From NCBI RefSeq assembly GCF_000143415.4, contig NW_003314274.1, forward strand, positions 783,215 to 791,760: DNA of 8,546 nucleotides, written 5' to 3'. The DNA comes from Selaginella moellendorffii (lineage: Eukaryota > Plantae > Lycopodiophyta). Positions 1 through 7,400 of the stretch are shown here, piece by piece (position 1 is the stretch's first letter; the number at the start of each line of letters is the position of its first letter). The translations under genes were made by a program, and so were the position numbers. The notes beneath the pieces were generated by a model. It saw only the letters and a list, made by a program, of their open reading frames with translations, had not been told where the DNA came from and searched no databases.

Positions 1-74
1 TAATCATGGATTATACTAGCTTTGTATGAGGAAGAGTTAATGATCAATAAGAGTTGTTAAATTCTTATAAGATT

Positions 75-473
75 TGAGTTAGGATTATATTGATCATTGA
101 TGATTCTTATTACACTTGTTATAAAGTGAATTAAGTCTTGGTATGGATGGATTCATGAAGGATCAATTTGGTTGAGCACACCTTTATTGCACTAGGCTTT
201 TAGATTGAAGCATATATACTTTTGATTAGCTTTGTGTTTTGAAGTTTGACGATATTATATGTTGTACCATAGTTTCTTTAGTTCCGATATTGAAGTTGGT
301 GTTTACATCTAGCAATCAGTGGTGATGATTAATTATCATCTAAGAAAGCATAACGAAACTATGCTTGACAAGTGATCACCAAACGATCCTCCATGAATCC
401 ATCTATAGCAAGACGTAATTCACTTCATAACAAGTACATGAAGAATCATTAATGATCGATATATTCCAACTTA
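75..473. mobile_element. Foldback / long inverted-repeat element (candidate non-autonomous MULE/MITE-like relic): arms ~75-179 and ~372-473, spacer ~190-200 bp
   Basis: The reverse complement of 76-172 (accaaattgatccttcatgaatccatccataccaagacttaattcactttataacaagtgtaataagaatcatcaatgatcaatataatcctaactc) aligns to 378-472 (accaaacgatcctccatgaatccatctatagcaagacgtaattcacttcataacaagtacatgaagaatcattaatgatcgatatattccaactt) with 16 differences in 97 columns (~83%). The inverted repeat is directly visible. The TE identity is inferred, and no clean TSD was found. Confidence 0.6.
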
Positions 474-2062
474 GTTGATTATTCTTGTCAAAAGTTTTAC
501 TAAATTATTGGTAACATTAAATGATTTATCATTCTTTGAGATGGTGGATTATTTCTTCGATGATAATAATAGTTTTCTCTATTGATGGGATGATTGATTA
601 TCACAAATGTAACTAAGGGTATCAAAAAATTACCTATTAACAAGTCATTTTGGATATTTTTCTTTTACTGCTATAATGGCAGGAGATAAGTATTGCTAGA
701 CCCTTTATTAATCTCTACCCAATTTAGTCTTTATATGTGCACTTAACTAAAAGAGAGCAAATATTAAGGGATTAAACTCAATATTGTTGAGGTTCCCAAC
801 ACTAACAAGTGCAAGCCAATGAAATTTCCCTCAATACTTTCCTATTCAAAGTATTGAATATGGTTATCATCATAGATAATTATAAGGTGATAGTTTACCA
901 TGTTTACCAAAACACTCTCGCTATCATATTTTATATATTTGTTTCATTTGGTCCTATTGGTTATTTATAAAAAGTGTCTAGATTTACTAATGAGATATAT
1001 TTATAAAATGTAGAGATTGTCTTGAACACGATGGTATTATTTCTGCATTCAAATTCACAATCCAACACTATTTCATATTTAGTAAGTTTTCATTATTGTT
1101 TTAGGGGCTAACTCTTAGGATTGGGGTGAAATCCCAAAATGTGTGTTTCTCTAGGGGGGTTCTGAATGTATAATAGGGGTAAGTTAAATATCATTGACCA
1201 ACCTAAAACATAATCTAGTTCTCATTTGTGAATAAGTTAATCTATACTTATTTAGCACGATATTAATAGATCCTTCCTAAACATGATTATAAGTGGATCA
1301 ATAAAGACTAGAAGGACTAATCTATTTATTCAAGTATTCATTGTCGTGCTCTTCTAAGAGGAGGTATAAAAGGAGTTAATATGTTAATGATGAGGCAGAA
1401 AAAAATTAATTGCATCCTTAGATAAAATGAAAAGCTTGTTATATGTTAAATATTTGTGAAGGTGTCAAATATTAGTGATAGTGTCAGTGTCAAATATCAT
1501 AATTACAAGTTGTCATTCTCACCTGTCACCATCACTTTGTAGCAACATATTGTAAAACAATTGTATGTGATATGATAGCACCATCTAGAATAAGGTATAT
1601 TACCTACAATTAATATTATTTTATTATCTATATTTTTTCTTTTAATACTATAGTATAGTAAAGTAATTCTAAATTTTAAATTCCATTGTAAGGTGGCCTA
1701 AAACATTATATTTTGCATTAGCTGATACAATGTTTCCCAAGAGGATATTGTTCCTCATCATGAAGTGATAATGGGTATGTGTCTATAATTCATTTTTAAA
1801 TCTATTATACATCCATATGTGCATATTTTCCAGACCCACCATTAGGCAATTGCTACAGTGCTCAAGAAAAGTTTGTAAACCCATGAACCCATTTGTCTTA
1901 TCCAAAAAAAAGTAGCATATTAGACACTAAATATAATAGCATTTTGTATTTTCAAGTAGTCCCACCATGTTAGGAACAAGATCTTGCAAAAATATATGGC
2001 ATTACTTTTGAAACACTAAAGGCAATCTCTCTTTAATAGCAAAATTTAAATTTTCATATATA

Positions 2063-2094
2063 GGGAGCTCTAGTTCAATTTCACTAGAGCCCCC
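2063..2094. other. GC-rich hairpin, 12-bp stem (1 mismatch), 8-nt loop
   Basis: gggagctctagt-tcaatttc-actagagccccc. Confidence 0.7.
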
Positions 2095-2547
2095 AATAGA
2101 AAGAAGATTGTTATATGGAAGTGAAGTGAAATGTTGGTAAAACTTAGGGATGGAAGTTTGTGTAAAAATGGTTTGAAGGAAAGTTACTATTACTTGTACT
2201 TAGCCCCCTAGCATTTCATATCAATCTCCACCTAGGAGCTTAAGGAGAACAAAAAAACTATGATGTCTATAACTTTTCTTGGTAGTTTATATATTAAATT
2301 TTAGTCTTAGGAATGAGGTATATTTATTATGACACTAACAATACTTAGATTTTTGAAATGTCAATCTCAGAAATGGGGTTTTATAATTATAGCTTGCCTG
2401 TAAATATAAGAGCTTCTAGAATTCTAGATTATCGTCTATACACATGCTCTATCATTTTGATAAAAACTTACTTTAATATGCATAGATTCTTTTCTACACA
2501 TACCAATCTTCTAGGGAAATATAACCATATTATAGTGGTAGGGCACA

Positions 2548-2711
2548 TTGGCATGCTGCCATTCTCTTGTGTGAAATTGCCTTTTAGTTTTGGAAATGTA
2601 AATAGAGTTAAGTTGGCATGCTACCATTCTCTTATATAAGATTACCTTTCAATTTTGGAAATGTAAATAGAGTTTATTTTTTGATATGATATTACCTTTG
2701 AATCTTGAAAA
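2548..2711 (+). repeat. 65-bp tandem duplication (2548-2612, 2613-2677) plus a partial third copy (2691-2711)
   Basis: ttggcatgctgccattctcttgtgtgaaattgccttttagttttggaaatgtaaatagagttaag vs ttggcatgctaccattctcttatataagattacctttcaattttggaaatgtaaatagagtttat (55/65). attacctttgaatcttgaaaa matches 2641-2661. Confidence 0.92.
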
Positions 2712-3124
2712 CTCTTACTGGGAATTTACCACAAAAATATACTTTGATCTTTTCACATAAAAGGATTGCAACCTAGGTAGGCAACACATTTTTTGATATG
2801 AATTAATATATAACTTAAAAATGTTATGAAACGTTATATGGAGTAGATATCTTGGTGCTTTCCATTGTACTGTTGATATCTTATTTTCCTTACTCTAGAT
2901 AGTTATTTTAGAAGGAATATGAGCATTTTTATCAATCGTGACAATGGTCTCCACATTCCAAGATGGGTAATTAAAACTAGGAGTGTAATATAGAGATTAT
3001 AGTAATGAAATGAAATTAACATTTTCATATTCCTTTATGCTACAACTCTTACTCATAGATATTTTATTGTCATTGCATCCCATCTTCTCAAGAACATTAA
3101 AAAACTTTCAAATGAAAGAATAGT

Positions 3125-3443
3125 TATAGTGTATATAGTTTTCACCTTTTATCCTATAGTGATTTAAAGTAAAATAACCACGAAGTGGAATTGAAACCCT
3201 CCATATGCCATATATCACATGCCATATGCCACATGTCCAAGAACAGTTGAGTGGAACCCAAGTTTTATAGCCTTGAGCCATTAAATGAATAAATGGAGCC
3301 AAATTCCCAAACTTGCAGCCAAGGAGCGAAAGAACTAGAGCATGGAATGATTTCTGAGTTTTTAACCCAAGGAGTGAAGGGACAAAAACACAAAGTAACA
3401 TTAGAATAGTTTTAAAGCTTCTAACATCCCAATGCCATGACCA
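3125..3443. repeat. Dispersed ~315-bp repeat, copy 1 (unclassified TE-derived element)
   Basis: Colinear with 5220-5531 from tatagtg to gacca. There are 44 substitutions and no indels over 3207-3401 vs 5295-5489 (~77% identity). Exact shared blocks are gttttcaccttttatcctata (3138-3158/5233-5253) and gagcgaaagaactagagcatgga (3324-3346/5412-5434). Confidence 0.95.
3201..3235 (+). repeat. 7-bp tandem array (CCAYRTR), 5 units, inside repeat copy 1
   Basis: ccatatg ccatata tcacatg ccatatg ccacatg. Confidence 0.85.
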
Positions 3444-4973
3444 ATATGCAAAATTAAGCCAAATAGAGTTTAGTGCTATTTTAGTATAGTAGTGGTCTCT
3501 AGTTTGTATTAGCTTATAAAAATGAAATGATTTTTGAGGAAAGTGATCAATAGATCAGTCATTGGAAAAGTTTAAGAAAATTTGTGGAAAATTTTCCATC
3601 CTAGAGAAAGAATGACTCTCAATATAAAAATATAAACTTCCAAGACTTAACCATCTTCCAACCTACAACTTTATATAGGTTCACATTAACATAAATTTTC
3701 ATAACCCAATAGCAGATCATATAGATCATATCTTCGGATATTCATATTGCATTAACACTTTTCTTCAATCATCTTTAAGATCTAATATGAAATCATAACA
3801 CTAATAAGAAAAATAACATGAAAAATCAAACTCTAAGGAAAAACTTTTCATCACTCGAAACAACAATATCACTTTAACTAACACAAGTTCTAATAATGTT
3901 AATGCCTCAGTTATATATATTCTCTATCCACAATCTACTCCAAGTGTTGATAGATTTACCAATTAAATATAACAAATAAATGCTATAACCTTTTCCAACA
4001 CCTTAATAAGCTTAGTATAATGAATCACCATTGAGAACTAAGTCAAAGTTACTTCAATACTATTACTTGCAAGTAAACTAGTTTCACTATCAACCATTTT
4101 AGGGTTGATCATCATTTAACCAAGTAGCTTTGTAAATACATTGCTCATAATCTATGATATAGAAATCACAATAATTTGATCATTAATTGAGTAATGCTCA
4201 TATCATTATTACAAAGGTTTATATGAGTATCATGTGCTAACTCAATTTGATAAAATGCAACATAAATAGCACACCTCACTGATATAGATTTATATACCTA
4301 ACATTACCAACTTTATTCACAATATAAACAACCTTATGCTACTTTCTTTTTTACCAAATTCAAAACTAATTCAACACTGAGCTATTCAAAGAGTAATAGT
4401 AAGGTTCTTTGGAAAAGAATTGAGAATTATAACAATAATAAACCTAAATAAAATGGTTTAACGCTTCACTACTATTCATCCCACGACTCACCACTTGTAG
4501 GACCATCATAACCAACAAGGATCAAAGTAAGGACTTTTGATTGCATAATGTGAACACGAATAATGAGTTAACATATCATTGCAAATCATTTTTCCAAGAA
4601 GAGAAAATGATTTACTTGTTTGATCTTTCATCTCTGATGACTCTCTTTTTGATCTTAACCTTAACTAAACCTCAAACTTGCATTCACATTGCCTTTAGTC
4701 CAATTTAAAAAAAGTTTATTAGAGAACATAGCAATAACTACTTAAACTAATAGACTAATCCCTATAGTCTTGATTGATCCCCTTATAGTCATACATAGAA
4801 AGGATCTATTAGTGTTGTGCTTAATAGTTATAGACTAGCCTATTTGCCACTCTTAGCAAACCCAAAGGAGGTTTACTTTTACCTATGGTATATAGCAACT
4901 CATGGTAACCACTAATAGACTAACATTAATTCTACCAACTCAAAATGTAACCTTGAGTTGCTAATGTGCTTCA

Positions 4974-5059
4974 CTCACGAGCCCAAATGCAAACTTGTGC
5001 AAATAGTCCATCTTAGTCCATCTTATAAGCCTAAGCGCAAGCTCACACAATATAGTACA
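4974..5059 (+). repeat. Degenerate tandem duplication, 48-bp period (4974-5010, 5022-5059), with an internal perfect 10-bp duplication tagtccatct x2 (5004-5023)
   Basis: ctcacgagcccaaatgcaaacttgtgcaa-atagtcca vs cttataagcctaagcgcaagctcacacaatatagtaca; nearly all differences are transitions. Confidence 0.7.
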
Positions 5060-5219
5060 AAAATAGGTAATAAAAATCCATACCCAACGAATGAATGCAA
5101 AGTCATAGCACCCAAACATATACCCATTCAGATCATAATTTCATCTCTATATATGCAACGAGACTAATTACCTAATCTCATTGGACAATACTCGCTGAAA
5201 CTCATTCTTTGATATTAAA

Positions 5220-5531
5220 TATAGTGCATATGGTTTTCACCTTTTATCCTATACTAATTTACTATAGGATAATCATGAAATGAAACTTAAACCCTCCATA
5301 TACTACATGCCATATACCATGTATCCAAGGACAAAGGAGTGGAACTTGAGTTTTAAAGCCTTTGACCACTAAATGAAGGAACAAATCCAAACTCCCAAAC
5401 TTATAATCAATGAGCGAAAGAACTAGAGCATGGAGTGACTCATGAGTGTTCAACCCAAGAAGTGAAGAGACAAAAGTATGGAGTAACATTGGAACAGTCT
5501 TAAAGCTTTTAGCATCCCAATGCTAGGACCA
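5220..5531. repeat. Dispersed ~315-bp repeat, copy 2 (same orientation as copy 1)
   Basis: Same alignment as copy 1. The offset is 2095 bp before the internal heptamer array and 2088 bp after it, a single 7-bp indel. Confidence 0.95.
5296..5323 (+). repeat. 7-bp tandem array (CCAYRTR), 4 units, inside repeat copy 2
   Basis: ccatata ctacatg ccatata ccatgta. Confidence 0.8.
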
Positions 5532-6083
5532 GCCCACATACTATAAGTTATTATCTGACAATATTAAGGGACTAATTTTAATATGCGAGGGTTATTGTCA
5601 AGCTAATGCAAGACAAAGCAAAAAAAAACTAAGAGCCAAATCAAGTATACTCAACAAAAAATATATAAGAGTTCCTACCTTATGTTTATTTGGCTAAGTA
5701 CAAATGCCAAACTTAGTTTATTAACACTTGAATAAGAGGGGCTGAAAAGGGAACTAGCAATACTGACCTCTTGTTGTCATGGTAGAATATCCAAAAAAAT
5801 TAGTTGATAAGTAAATTTTGATAACCGTAGTCATATTTGCAACAATAGTATGTAATTATAAGACAGCTATAAAAGTAGTCAAAAAATAAAGTAATCAAAT
5901 CAAAATATGATAGCTGTAACAACAGTCATCTAGCTTTACAAAAGATAGGTTTTAGTGAACTTTATCTTTTTTAAACAACTCAATATACTAGAAACTTTTA
6001 ACTCAAATATTTATATTTTTCAATATTTTAAAGTTTGTCAAAACCTTTATTTATTCAATTTAGATTTTATTGTAACACTTCTA

Positions 6084-6155
6084 GTTGACTGTGTTGACTT
6101 GAGTTGACTTGTGCTTAGTTGAGCTCAATTTATGAGTTCAACTCAACTTTTGACC
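6084..6155. repeat. GTTGACT short tandem motif (3 copies, 9-10 bp period) with inverted TCAACTCAA counterpart
   Basis: gttgact at 6084, 6093 and 6103. ttgagttga (6099-6107) is the reverse complement of tcaactcaa (6138-6146). TTGACC is at 6150-6155. Confidence 0.75.
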
Positions 6156-7087
6156 ATCCCCGTCCTCACTCTGCTATTTATGTTTGACATCATTCCACTA
6201 ACATATTTGCTTAGCCTTATACTATTAGAGCCAAACATTTTATTTAGACTTGCTATATTTATATTCACTCTATAATCTATATCATTTATTTTCACTTTAA
6301 TACCATTATCACTTATCCTCATTCCATTGTCAGGGTTAGACTCCTATTTATCTCTTCTACCTAGGCTATAGCTATTGCATAAATTAGATAATTCCATTGT
6401 GTTGTGGCAATAGTGGAGTTTGAAATGTAAGATGAAAAGGAGGATCAAACATGGTGAACCACAATGAAAATGCCCTTTCTCTGAAGAAAAAAGAGTTAGA
6501 ATCATTGGGGCAAAGAGAAGAAATTAAGAAAAAATTGAAAACACAAAAATGTAGAAGCAAAAAAAGCATTAGAAGGGGAATTTTCAACAATAGTTAATGT
6601 GAAAATAATAAAATTTGAGCTAAAGGGATATAGATAACAAAAGATGTCATGTTATAAAGTATTTCAATCAACACAAAATAAGTAAAAAACTCCATATGTT
6701 TAACCTTCTTAGCATCAACTCAACACTTGAGATAGAAAAATCAATAGAAAACTCCACACTCTTATAAACGTTTTAGTAGTAATAGTAAAATAAAAGCTCT
6801 TAACAACATTTATATCAAGGAAAATATACCTAACTTAAAACTCTAACAAAAGTACTCAACTCTTGGAATAAGGGAATATTCAAACATAGCAATGAAATAA
6901 AAGAAAAATCCTTAACTACACACACTTTCAAAATTTAAATCAACTTGAGAAGGATAATAAACACTTAACACAACACAAGATTAAGAACAAAAATTATAAA
7001 AGTTAGAATTGATTAATGTGCTAGGAGAAAGAGAGGAAGAAACACTAGAAATTTGAGGAGCAGGAAATAACACTTAAAACACTAGAA

Positions 7088-7400
7088 AATACTATATAAA
7101 TAAAGTTTATTTATATATAGTTTATACTACATTTTTAATATAGTTCATCAAATATAATTATTTGTTATAACAATAATTTTATAATATTTATTATCTATAT
7201 AGTCTATGAGATAGTTTTCTAGGAACTATTTTATAGTTCAATATTTATTACATTAATATTTTATTCTGAAAAAATTAAAAATAAATCATTTCTTTAAAAA
7301 ATATTTTTAAAATCTAGCACTTATAATTTTTAAAAAATAATTTAAAAGTAAACAGCCTTAAATATTTTAATATTTCAATTGATTAAAAATATTTGATAGA
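7088..7400. other. Extremely AT-rich low-complexity tract
   Basis: Long A/T runs with very few G/C, e.g. 7261-7350. Includes the palindrome tttaaaaa-ata-tttttaaa (7293-7311). Confidence 0.8.
7093..7117. repeat. AT-only inverted repeat, 12-bp arms with 1-nt spacer
   Basis: tatataaataaa-g-tttatttatata. Confidence 0.75.

Noticed and set aside
831-857. Short hairpins (tcaatacttt-N7-aaagtattga; also 4583-4613, 5940-5970, 7537-7559, 8261-8323) as terminators or structured RNA
   Set aside because: AT-rich 7-17 bp stems are common at this composition, there is no associated gene, and the context is not prokaryotic.
2358-2639. 93-aa + strand ORF
   Set aside because: No recognisable domain, composition typical of AT-rich noise (I/Y/N/F), and the 3' part is the 65-bp tandem duplication.
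3245-3285. Pol III A-box/B-box-like motifs on the minus strand of the repeat (tggctcaagg...ggttccactc), suggesting a SINE
   Set aside because: Spacing is much shorter than in tRNA-derived SINEs, the motifs are internal rather than 5', and there is no A/T tail or TSD.
3108-3401. 97-aa minus-strand ORF (and its paralogue 5262-5489) as CDS
   Set aside because: Lies within the dispersed repeat; substitutions are mostly non-synonymous and a 7-bp indel shifts the frame between copies.
3714-3731. agatcatat x2 micro-duplication as a transposon excision footprint
   Set aside because: Cannot be distinguished from replication slippage without an orthologous allele.
4098-4106. TTTAGGG plant telomere unit / telo-box
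   Set aside because: Single copy and not a full AAACCCTA match; expected by chance.
4119-4188. Minus-strand translation INDQIIVISIS*IMSNVFTKLLG resembling the Copia RNase H ADxFTK motif
   Set aside because: Only FTK matches well, it contains a stop, and the expected upstream KHID motif is not recognisable; BLASTX would be needed.
4958-5167. 69-aa + strand ORF
   Set aside because: Starts at TTG, overlaps the 48-bp duplication (HEPKCKL/YKPKRKL), and has no recognisable homology.
6384-6590. 68-aa minus-strand hydrophobic ORF with signal-peptide-like start
   Set aside because: TTG start; the F/L richness simply reflects the T-rich strand of the A-skewed tract.
7349-7360. taaacagcc-tta resembling a Tourist/Harbinger TIR plus TTA TSD
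   Set aside because: No matching opposite TIR was found.
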